64,000 bases of DNA, from NCBI GenBank assembly GCA_964016885.1, contig OZ024743.1:119846001-119910000 (forward strand). The letters run 5' to 3'. This DNA comes from Eledone cirrhosa. Lineage: Eukaryota. A program made the position numbers and the translations under genes. The notes below the pieces were generated by a model. It worked only from the letters and a program-made list of their open reading frames with translations, was not told where the DNA came from and searched no databases. Shown here piece after piece: positions 51,618-64,000 of this stretch. How positions within the stretch are numbered: position 1 is the first letter of the stretch; every line of letters begins with the position of its first letter.

Positions 51618-52019
51618 TGATGATGGCTGCCCCCTCGTTATCGAGTATGGCCATTGCACGATATACCATTATTATTAATTATTAAAATGGTGGATTGGCA
51701 GTATCGGTAGAGAGTCGGACGCTATGCTTTCCAGCATAGTTACGTCCCTTTACGATCTGAGTTCAAATCCCGCCGAGGTTCACTTTGCCTTTCATCCTTA
51801 CGGGGTCGATAAAATAAAGTACCAGTAATGCACTGGGTAATTGCTGGCCTTGTGCCAAAAGTAGAAACAATTATTAATTATTAATTAATTCTATGGTGCA
51901 ATGGCTGTGCGTGAAGATATTTTTTTAAAGTGGGGAAAGACTGTGCACTGAGCCAATCCCACCCTCTGAGCGACAGTAGCTATAACCCGAAAAGAAGGAA
52001 AGATCAACAACATCGGTAA
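51618..52019 (-). mobile_element. 5'-truncated subfamily A bipartite RTE retroposon with a nested SINE
   Basis: Matches 5283-5470 on both sides of the SINE. Confidence 0.8.
51688..51875 (+). mobile_element. tRNA-derived Nin-domain-like SINE (best-preserved copy)
   Basis: A and B boxes, core gcctttcatccttacggggtcgataaaataaagtaccagt, flanking attattaattattaa duplication. Confidence 0.85.
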
Positions 52020-52084
52020 TACATACATACATACATACATACATACATACATACATACATACATACATACATACATACATACAT

Positions 52085-52944
52085 AAAAATTTACAGAAAA
52101 AGTTGTGCATGGATACTTGAGGCGTAAAACACAGACCATAGAGGGGATAAACCACTCAAAAAGCCTGGCATGGAGTTCCGACAAGTTTATGACATCACAC
52201 CTTGAGGGATATCTCTATGCAATACAGGAACAAGAACTCCCTACCAAATATCTGCTGCACAAAAGAGGAGGGCCAGCAGCTGACAATAAATGTAGGCTAT
52301 GTAAAACAAAGATCGAGGATGTAAGCCACATTGTTGCCAGCTGCGAAAGAATGTCATCTCGCTACTACCTCCCCATGAGACACGATGGGATAGCTAGAAC
52401 CATCTGGAACGCACTTCGGAAAACAAAATTAACAACAAACGAGGAAGAATATATTGAGACAGATGGCACTAAGGAATACTGGTGGAACCTGAAAATAAAA
52501 ACTGCCACCAAATTAAAGCACAACCGGCCTGATATTGTAGTTTGGGACCACACATTGAAAACGTGTTCTGTTGTGGAGATCAGCTGCCCACTTGATGTAA
52601 ACGTTGTCAGAAAAATACAGGAGAAGGAGAACATCTACGGACCATTGATGAGGAGTTTACAAATCCAGTATCCAAGATACACCTTTAGCTTCATACCCAT
52701 CATTATTGGTGCTACGGGTTATATACCAACCCGCTTGGACCAAAGTATGACTGAACTTGGATTTGCGGACAAAAAGCGCAGCTCCCTAATTCATAGTCTA
52801 CAAATGGCTGCGATAGCTGGCACCTTCAAAATTTGCAAAACATTCTTGCGATTCAAGGGATGACAATTTCTTTTCTTTTACAACCTTGCCACCAGGAAGG
52901 TGGCCGGTCAAAAAAATATACTCAAAATTAAGAGAAAGAGAAAA
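52085..52944 (+). mobile_element. 5'-truncated R4-clade LINE in (TACA)n
   Basis: ORF 52105-52863, EGYLYAIQEQEL..CRLC..EDVSHIVASC..RHD..HNRPDIVVWD..VEISCP..K...Y..PIIIGATG; (TACA)n on both sides. Confidence 0.9.
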
Positions 52945-52974
52945 CATACATACATACATACATACATACATACA

Positions 52975-55870
52975 TTATCTTGGTGATAGCAGAGATATTA
53001 ACAAGAACAAAACACCACCAAAAATACCATCATAGTATATTACTAAAATAGAAAAAAAGATTGCTGACCTACGAAAAAACATAGGATATGTGACAATGCT
53101 CCTTACATGCAAACAAACACAAAAAAAACTCACCAACAAAGAGTGAAAAATAAAATAGAGACGATGTTTGGTAACAGTAGAACCAGAACTCTCCAATATA
53201 AGCTGATCACCCTCAAACAAGAATTGAGAACTGTTAGCGAAAAACGCCGATACCTGAAGAAGGTAGATGAGGGAAAAGTGCTTAATAAAAGATTCAGACG
53301 AAACCAAACATCAGTCTATAGAGATATGAAGGGAAAAATAATAAGTGTCACTGAGACCCCATCCCAGAAAGACATAGATTCCTTTTGGAGCCAAATATGG
53401 GGTGAAAAGAAGAATTTCAACCAAGATGCAGTGTGGCTAAGAGAAATCCGGAAGAACTATTGCTCCTACACTACAACAAAAACATACGAAATAAGTGAGG
53501 GTACCCTTGAGACTGTGATAGAAAACACCAGGAAGAGACATGATTGTCGGCTACTGATACAAAAAAACTGATATTCTATCGGAGGTATCTTACTGACCTC
53601 TACCAACAGGTTCTTAAGGGAGATACACTTATACCAGAATGGTTGATATTAGCACAAACATTACTGGCAAAAAACTACCGACCCATTGCATGCCAGAACC
53701 TGATGTATAAGATGTATGCAGCCTGAGCCTATTCCTCCAAGATCACTGTGAAAATAATAACCTCATCACAGATGAACAAGCAGCTGGAAAGAAAGGGGTT
53801 TTGGGATGTGCTGAACAACTCCTAATCAACAAAACTGCGATGTCGGAGGTGCGACAACTTAGGAGGAATATGACTACAGTCTGGCTGGACTACAGGAAAG
53901 CTTTTGATTCTGTTCCCCCACTCTTGGATGATAGAGGTCCTCCAACTTGCTAAAGTCCCAGACATTATTGTCAGAGCCATAGAGAGGCTGTCTTGTTCTT
54001 GGGCTACTATCCTAAGGTTAAAGACAGAGAGGGAGGACTCTATTTTCCCTGATAAAATAAAATATTTCAGGGGTATATTTCAGGGGGAGACAGTCTCTCT
54101 GTGATATTATTCATCTTGTCATTAAACCCCTTGTCCTTTCTGCTCAATGATGTATCCTTCAAATGTGAGGGATACATCATTGGCTCACAGGAGGACAGAA
54201 ATACGAACCTAACCCATAATTTCTTTGTGGACGATCTGAAACTCTATGCCAAGAACAAGAATGGGATGAAGAAAAATCTTGACCTGGTTACATCGTTCTC
54301 AAAGGATATAAGAATGGAGTTTGGCCAAGATAAATGCTCATACATGACTGTAAAGCGGGGAAAAACAACAACCCAATCTAGCAACATTGTCATCAATGGC
54401 CTAACTGTTTCACCGATATCTGATGAGGACTGCTACAGATACCTGGGGATAGATGAGAACATATCCTATAATGGTATCCGTAATAAAGAACGCGTAACCA
54501 AGGAATACTACACCCGATTAATAAAGATCTTGTCATCGGAACTCTCTGCGCAACACAAAACAGTGGCTCACAATGTGTTTGCTGTGTCTGTCCTAACACC
54601 AACGTTTGGAATACTCAATTGGACGATAGTCGAAATCCGAGCAGTTGATGTTGGAACTTGAAAAATACTGAACGACACCGGAAACTTCCACATCAACAGT
54701 GACATAGACCGCCTTTACTTGAAACGTAAGCAGGGAGGCAGAGGCCTAACATCGGTCCAGACAACATTTGAATGTCGCATCATATCTCTCCGACAACATC
54801 TACGAACCTCGAAGCGTAGGAGCCCGTTTTTCGAGCAAGTCTATCTGCATGAAACAGATAAGATCATGATAAGATCATGAGAGTTGGGAAGGAACTCCTC
54901 GAGAGATATTCCCTGTGTGATAATCAAAAACTCACACCCAGGGATGTCGCTCAGCAGTATCGCAGTGAATCCATGGATGAAAAACTGCTTGCCTATCAGC
55001 AAAAAATCATGCATGGATATGTTGCCAGGAAGCTCCAGAGTGAGAGTAATATAGAAAAGGAAAGTAGTCTACCTTGGACCAACAACCGCTATATTGGCTC
55101 CCACTTTGAAGAATACCTGATTCACAAAAGAGATAGGGATGCAGGCAAAACACCTAGATGTGATAACAAGTGCAGACTCTGCAGAACTAACATCGAGGAT
55201 ATCACCCATGTCATCAGCAGCTGTCCAAAGATGTCATCGCGGTACTATCTACCTATGAGGCATGATGTAGTGGCCAAAACACTCTACAATGAAGTTCGTA
55301 AAAAAGATAGCCCCGATAATAAACACATTAAAAGCTACAGCAATGTGGAAGACATCCATGTACATAATATGGAAGAGTACTGGTGGAATGTTCCAGTAAA
55401 AACCCCAATAAAATGCAGGCATAACAGACCAGATATTATGATATGGGACAGGGAGAAGAAAACATGCACAGTAGTGGAAATTAGCTATGGCATATGTTAG
55501 TAACTGCCTCAATACAAATCTTGAGAAGCTAGGCTTCACAGGAACAGAAAGAACACAACTAGTTAGGAAATTACAAGTACAATCCATTAATGGAACAGTA
55601 AAAATATGTAAGACATTCCAAAAATGTTGCATCTAATAACTGCATATACACATATACAGATGCAAAGTATATACACATGCACACATACAACTGAAAACAT
55701 CCACATCCACACATACAATAACATCCATATCTACACATGCATGCAGACATACATACATATCTACCTAGTTGATGTTGTGTAAATTCCAATGAGAGAGTCT
55801 TGTGTCTATGTTAGAAACCGACTCTCTCTCTCTATTGGTAAAACTTTGTGAAATTATAAAACCAGAAGAA
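52975..55870 (+). mobile_element. Frameshifted R4-clade LINE (RT, CCHC, RLE) in (TACA)n
   Basis: NYRPIAC, WLDYRKAFDSVPH, RGIFQG, FVDDLKLY, YRYLGI, GGRGL, CRLC..HVISSC and HNRPDI across ORF pieces 53107-55500; catacatacata at both ends. Confidence 0.9.
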
Positions 55871-56646
55871 CATACATACATACTGTACATACAAACATCA
55901 GAGTCTCCGAAGGTATCGTGAGACTATGAAAATTTCTCTTCAAGGTGTTGCCCATAACAATATTTGTTTATGTGGAAGATAAGCAGTGGCACTTACATCC
56001 AGGTCACTCCACAATTCGCCACCTATTTTGTCCAGGTGAACGGCAAAAGCCAATAAAGTTTTGCAACCTGTGTCGTCGCAGGTGAAATCAAAAAGTAAAG
56101 AGCCTATTTACCACGCGTCAAATTAACAATTGCACTTCCCTCAACTGGTAATTTGTTATCGACAAAGAAAGGGTGAACGACTTATGTTGACCCCTGTGGA
56201 ATTTGAACTCAAATAAGGAGAAAAACAGAAAAGATACTGAAAAGCTTCTCTACCAGACATTTTGACAACTCTACCGATTCTCCGCCTACATAATAGATGC
56301 AAAATACATGCAAACATATATATATATATATATACATATATACATACATATATACATACATACATATATGCATACATAGATATATACACATATACATACA
56401 TATATATACACACACATATATATATATATATTTATATATATATATATACACATACATACACAATTATACATACATACATTCATACATGCATACATACATG
56501 CATGCATACATACATATACACACATACATAAATGCATTCATCATGCAAACATACACACACTCACACATACATACATACATACATACATACATACATACAT
56601 ACATACATACATACATACATACATACATACACATATGCATGCACAC

Positions 56647-57242
56647 ATGGTGGCTGCCAACTCGTTTTCGAGTACGGCCACTACTTTATATCCATGTAGG
56701 AGGACCCCTACCGATGCGCTGAACGAGTGTGACTTTTCAGTCCGGCCAGCGACTTGAAAACTTTGGTACAAACACTACACATGTGACAATTATTGACACA
56801 TAGTGCTGGGCCCATGGTACCATGTGACGACAAGTGCAGAGAGATCTCCAGATATAAAGCAATGCCTGTGCCGTGAAGTTTTTATAGTGAGCAAAGGCAC
56901 TGCACAAAGCCAGTCCCACTCTCTTAACCAAGATGATATTTACCAAAAAGAAGAACAAGTCAACATCATTGGATATCATCAGGGTTGCAGGTGTGATATC
57001 AGAGTTTTCCTTCTCCTAGAATTCTGCCTTGACAAAGGCTAAGGGGTCATCTCTCCCGGTGATTTTGGATGGCCATTGACTCTTAAGAGCTCCTTTGCCC
57101 TTTGACAGGTTTTGTTTTTAGTCCTGCAGGATGTCCAAAGTCACCCTCCTCACCAAGAAACCTTGGTGGGGTTGCCAGTTTAGTCGCCAACGACCCGACC
57201 ATGGGACAGGTTGTACTGGGATACATGTTACCAGTAGCACCA
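56647..57242 (-). mobile_element. Bipartite RTE-derived retroposon, subfamily B, copy 3 (16 nt short at 5' end)
   Basis: Near-identical to 5957-6552. Confidence 0.85.
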
Positions 57243-57465
57243 TACATACATACATACATACATACACACATACACACATACATACATACACATTCATACA
57301 TACATACACACATATATACACACATACACACATACACACATACATACATAAATGCACACATACATGCAAACATACATACAAACATACAAGCATACATACA
57401 CACATACATGCATACATACACACACACAAACATACACACATACCTACATACACACATACATACAT

Positions 57466-57506
<41 letters not shown>

Positions 57507-57971
57507 TACATACATACATACATACATACATACATACATACATACATACATACATACATAGATACATACATACATACATACATACATGCATGCATATCAA
57601 TGTTCTGTCGACTTTCGTTTCTTTTCAATCATTACACAGTTTCGGTTATTTGACATTTCTTTCTCACCCCTCTCCACTATTTCCTTATTCCTCTATTTCC
57701 CTATCCGGTATGTAACAAGATAATGTTTATTGTTTATATATGTAATTTATTATCATCAATTACTGCCTCTACTTACTTCTTTCAGAATAAAACTTCTATC
57801 TTCAGCCAACCATCACGTTATCTCCCCTTTCACTAACCAAACATTCCTATTATGTTTATCATAAGGTTTAGTAGCATTACACCGATTTTCGTCCGTTTTT
57901 AAAAACCAACAAACCAGAAAACTCGCAGAATGTCTCTGTGTGTATGTGTTAGTGTGTGTGTGTGAGTGTGC

Positions 57972-58026
<55 letters not shown>

Positions 58027-58055
58027 CGTGTGTGTGTGTGCGTGTGTGTGTGTGT

Positions 58056-58210
<155 letters not shown>

Positions 58211-58795
58211 TGTGTGTGTGCGTCTTTGTGGGCATGTGTGAATATAGGTATTTGAGAAGTTTGTGTGAGTGTATTGTATGTGTCCATATGTGAGTATATG
58301 CTAGCGTGCATGCATATATGTGTGTGTTTTTGTATATATGCGTCTGTGTAAGTCAATGTATTTGTGAGATTTGTATAAGTGTTATGTGTGTGTGTTTGTG
58401 GGCATATGTGAGTTTACGCGAGCGTGTATGCATATATATGTGTGTTTTTGTGTATACGCGTCTGTGTATGTCAAGGCATTTGAGAAGTTAGTGTGAGTGT
58501 ATTGTGTGTGTCCATATGTGAATATATGCGAGCGTGTATGCATGTATGCGTTTTTTTGTGTATATGCGTCTGTGTATGTCCATGCATTTCAGTGGTTTGT
58601 GTCAGTGTATTGTGTGTGTGTGTGTGTGTGCATGTGTGAATATACGCGAGCGTGTATGCATATATGTTTGTGTGTATATGTGTATATATTATGTATATAT
58701 GTGTGTATATATGTTTGTGTATATATGTCAGAGTATGAACGTTTATTTGTTTCAGAGTATTTATTTGTGTGACTGTATTGTGTGAGCTTGCGCGG

Positions 58796-58964
<169 letters not shown>

Positions 58965-59200
58965 CGTGCTTGCCTCAGTGTCTTGTAAATGCTGTATGAA
59001 TGTGTCTGTATTGCTTGTTTGTCTCTATAATTTTGTGATAGGGGAGATAAGTCAGGAAAGAGAGAATTTAATGTGAAAAAAGAAATAACAGAAAAGCGAA
59101 ACATAAAGATACAAAGAAATACATAAGAAACATAAAGATACAAATATACACACACACACACACACAGACACACACACACATATATATATATATCTTTATA

Positions 59201-59284
<84 letters not shown>

Positions 59285-59313
59285 CATATATATACATATA
59301 TACACACACACAT

Positions 59314-59378
<65 letters not shown>

Positions 59379-59419
59379 TATATATACACATACACTCACA
59401 CAGACGCACACACACACAG

Positions 59420-59534
<115 letters not shown>

Positions 59535-60032
59535 CATATATATATACATATATATACATATATACACACACATATATATAATATATATATATAATATTTA
59601 TATAATATTTATATATACACATACACTCACACAGACGCGCACACAAACACATAAATTTATATTTATATGTATACGTATGATGTGCGCACGCACATATTGG
59701 TGTGTATGTGTATATGTAGTGTGTGTGTAGTGTGTGTGTAGTGTGTGAAAGAGAGGTGGGTGAAGAGAGAAAGTGCGTAATGTAAGGAGATGTATCTGAG
59801 AAACTGTATGTTATGTTGATGTATGTAATAGATGTGTATTTGTAGTAATTCTGAATACAACCCGTGCATTCCACACATACAAAAGTTATTCCACGCATAC
59901 AAATCATTTCGGATTTATTTGTTTTGCATTGCCTCGCGTTTGTGTCATCTATCGTTTTTCAAACATACACATACATGCATACATACACAGTACACAGACA
60001 GAGACTGACAGACAGACACATTTATATATATG

Positions 60033-60149
<117 letters not shown>

Positions 60150-60196
60150 ACATATATATGTATGAATATTTATGAATATATGTATGTATATATGTG

Positions 60197-60280
<84 letters not shown>

Positions 60281-60406
60281 TACATTTGTATCTATATGTA
60301 TGTATATATCTATGTCTATATATATATATATATATTCATATATATGAAAAGAGAGAGAGAGAGACAAACATTTGTATCTATATGTATGTATATATCTATG
60401 TCTCTC

Positions 60407-60716
<310 letters not shown>

Positions 60717-61118
60717 GATATGTCGGAGTATATATATATATGTATATATGTCGATGTGTCGGCGAGTGATTATTTACTTTTCTTTATTTTCTACTTCACC
60801 CAACCCTCCACCTCACCCAACCCTCCGCCTCACCCACCTCACCCACCTCACCCACCTCACCCACCTCACCCACCTCACCCACCTCGCCCACCGTATATCT
60901 AACATTCATTTCTATAAGCTCGACTGTTTACATTCTTGGCACTAGTGTTTTCCCCTTCGGGATAATGAAGCGATGCAAGCGGAAAGGTGGCACCTGATAA
61001 TACTAAAAGCCACGATACATCAGCACTTTCTCTAGAACTAACTACAAGATGTGTTATAGAGAGAAGTGACATACAGCCGAGTGGAATAGAGTGTAGCGGG
61101 ATGGTGTGAGTAAGCCAA

Positions 61119-61239
<121 letters not shown>

Positions 61240-61565
61240 TATTTATATATAAATACATACATATATTTTTATATATATATACATACATATATTTTTATAT
61301 ATATATACATACATATATATTTATATATATATACATACATATATATTTATATATAAATACATACATATATATTTATATATATATACATACATATATATTT
61401 ATATATATATACATACATATATATTTATATATATATACATACATATATATTTATATATAAATACATACATATATATTTATACATATATATATATATATAT
61501 ATACATATATATATACATATATATATATACATATTTACACACATATAGATATATATACATACACA

Positions 61566-61608
<43 letters not shown>

Positions 61609-61612
<4 letters not shown>

Positions 61613-61765
61613 AAGTATGACCCCGACGGCAGAGCTCAAGTCGTTTTGACGGCTATTTCTGGCGTCGGGGTCATACTTTTCCTATTTCCCACTCCACTAC
61701 CCTAAGTATTGAGTACTCTGGTGCGTTATGGTCCATTTGGTTCCTTACCACAATTCTTTTGTTAT

Positions 61766-61767
<2 letters not shown>
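61609..61767. mobile_element. Short fold-back element with one-sided tail, copy 2
   Basis: Homologous to 33906-34090 but with a different inversion junction. Confidence 0.75.
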
Positions 61768-61796
<29 letters not shown>

Positions 61797-61884
61797 AGGG
61801 AGAGAGAGATAGTTAGCTAGCTAGATAGATAGATAGATAGATTGATAGATAGATAGATAAATAGATAGATAGATAGATAGATAG

Positions 61885-61929
61885 ATTTCTTTATTAGCCA
61901 CAAGGGCGCAACAAGAAAGGGGACAATGT
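61885..61929 (-). mobile_element. Extreme 3' fragment of the Tx1-like LINE in (GATA)n
   Basis: atttctttattagccacaagggcgca..ggggacaa matches 25607-25650; (GATA)n on both sides. Confidence 0.8.
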
Positions 61930-62031
61930 AGATAGATAGATAGATAGATAGATTGATAGATATAGAGTTAGATACAATTGACGTGTCATATGATTAAGCT
62001 ATTTTCTTACAAAAAGGAAGAGTCAGGTGAA

Positions 62032-62075
<44 letters not shown>

Positions 62076-62250
62076 GAGTAACACTACTACTACTGCCGCA
62101 ACTACTACGACTACTACTACTGCCGTCGCTGACAGTGCTGATGTTGGTAATGATGATGATGATGAGGCAGAGGAAGGTGGAGGTAATGATGTTGTTTCTG
62201 GTGTGATGGTGTGTTGGAGATTAGCAATCATTATATGCATACATACACAA

Positions 62251-62320
<70 letters not shown>

Positions 62321-62441
62321 TACATATATATATATAGATGGAGACTTACATATAGGCATATAGATATAGATATATTTATGTGTGCGTGCGTGGATGTATG
62401 TATTTATATGGCTATAAAAAAAAACACACACACACACACGC

Positions 62442-62530
<89 letters not shown>

Positions 62531-62654
62531 TGCATACATATATATATATATATACACACATACATATATATATATATACACACACATACATACATACATA
62601 TATATATGTGTGTCTGTGTGTGTATATATGCATATATGTATGTATATATGCCTG

Positions 62655-62821
<167 letters not shown>

Positions 62822-64000
62822 CTATATATACAAATGCTAAACCTAACACTCATATTTGAAAGGGAGATAAGCGAGAAGGGGTGACTCGTGTTTGGTGGCC
62901 CTTGACTGTCAGTTGGAAAAGTGGCAATGAAGACTGAGACAGCCGTGCCTATTCGAACACCTCCTACTTCCTCCTTCTCACCCTTCTCTTTCTTCTATAA
63001 TCTCCCCTACCCACTCTCTTTGTCCGCCACAACCCAACCAGTTTTTGCTTTTCCTTCCAATAACTTCGGTAATAACTTGAAATCGCGAGAGCATTCGTCA
63101 ATTCCGTAGGATTTCAGAAACCTATCTTAAAATGGCATAATGGTGACAATGTCGATGTCTCTTGAGACATAGGTCGGCTATCTGCTATTTCGAATATGCT
63201 GTTTGTTTTAATTTCACGCCGTTTGAGCGCAGTATAAATAAATGATCCAACTTTTACGGTGGGAGTGAATTGAATGACTGAGTGAGTGAGTGAATGACAG
63301 AGACAGAGAGATAGAGAGAGGGAGAGAGAGGGGGAGAGAGAGAGGGGGCGGAGGGAAGGAGGGAGAGACGGAGAGAAGTAGTGGCAGTGCCAATGAGAAG
63401 TGAAACTGAAAGTGAAACCAGTAAGAAGTGAGATGAAATAGAGAGAGAGAGTGGAAGGGGATGGAGAAGATGGTGGAAAATGTATTTTGATGGAAAGGAA
63501 GGAGATGAAAGAAAGAGAAAAAGATAGACAAGAAGAGGGGGGGAGACACAGAGAGAGACACAGAGAGAGACAGAAAGAGAGAGAGCCAGAAAGAGAGAGA
63601 GGGGGATGGGATGCAAAAAGAAGGGAAGAGAGACTGGGTGTGGTGGGGAGAAAGGACAGATAGAAGGTGAAAAGGGTGGTCATTAATGATGACGATGATG
63701 ATGATGCTGATGGGGTAGCTAGCGCTGGTATTGTTGGCGGTGTTTGTGGCGGCGGTGTTAGTGGTGGTGGTGGTGGTGGTGGTGGTGGCAGTGGTGATGG
63801 TGATAGTAGTGGCTGTGGTGGTTGTTGATGGTGGTGGTGGTGGTGGTGGTGTTGATGGTGGTGGTGGTGGTGGTGGTGGCGGTGGTGGTGTTGGTGGTGG
63901 CAGTGGTGATGGTGATAGTAGTGGTGGTGGTGGTGGTGGTGGTGGTGTTGATGGTGGTGGTGGTGGTGGTGGTGGTGGTGGTGGTGGCGGTGGTGTTAGT

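Noticed and set aside
57765-57812. CTGAAGA-t-agaa/ttct-GAAA on minus
   Set aside because: Stem II only; no stem I

Overview
Eukaryotic, AT-rich, extremely microsatellite-rich non-coding DNA. The SINE family suggests a coleoid cephalopod (Octopus-like); this is recall-based inference. I see no host protein-coding exon, and most listed ORFs are translations of simple repeats. The informative sequence is almost all transposable elements. (1) An apparently intact Tx1-clade LINE (25607-31450, minus; ORF1 with CCHC knuckle, ORF2 APE-RT-CCHC), a doubly deleted relative (7258-11660) and several fragments; four copies sit inside (GATA)n. (2) R4/Dong-clade LINE remnants in (TAA)n and (TACA)n. (3) A 612-bp bipartite RTE-derived retroposon in two subfamilies. 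(4) Penelope-like (GIY-YIG) remnants and non-autonomous derivatives in (TA)n, carrying several type-I hammerhead ribozyme folds and long fold-back palindromes. (5) Nin-domain tRNA SINEs and remnants of CRE, Helitron, hAT MITE and mariner. Best leads: a replicated hammerhead with a non-canonical CAGAAGA core; terminally redundant retrozyme-like units; a splice-acceptor-like sequence right before the Tx1 ORF2 ATG; structure-conserved 5' UTR RNAs; an in-frame TGA at a conserved Cys of a GIY-YIG ORF; and apparent partitioning of microsatellite targets among TE families. All alignments and folds were done by eye and boundaries are approximate.
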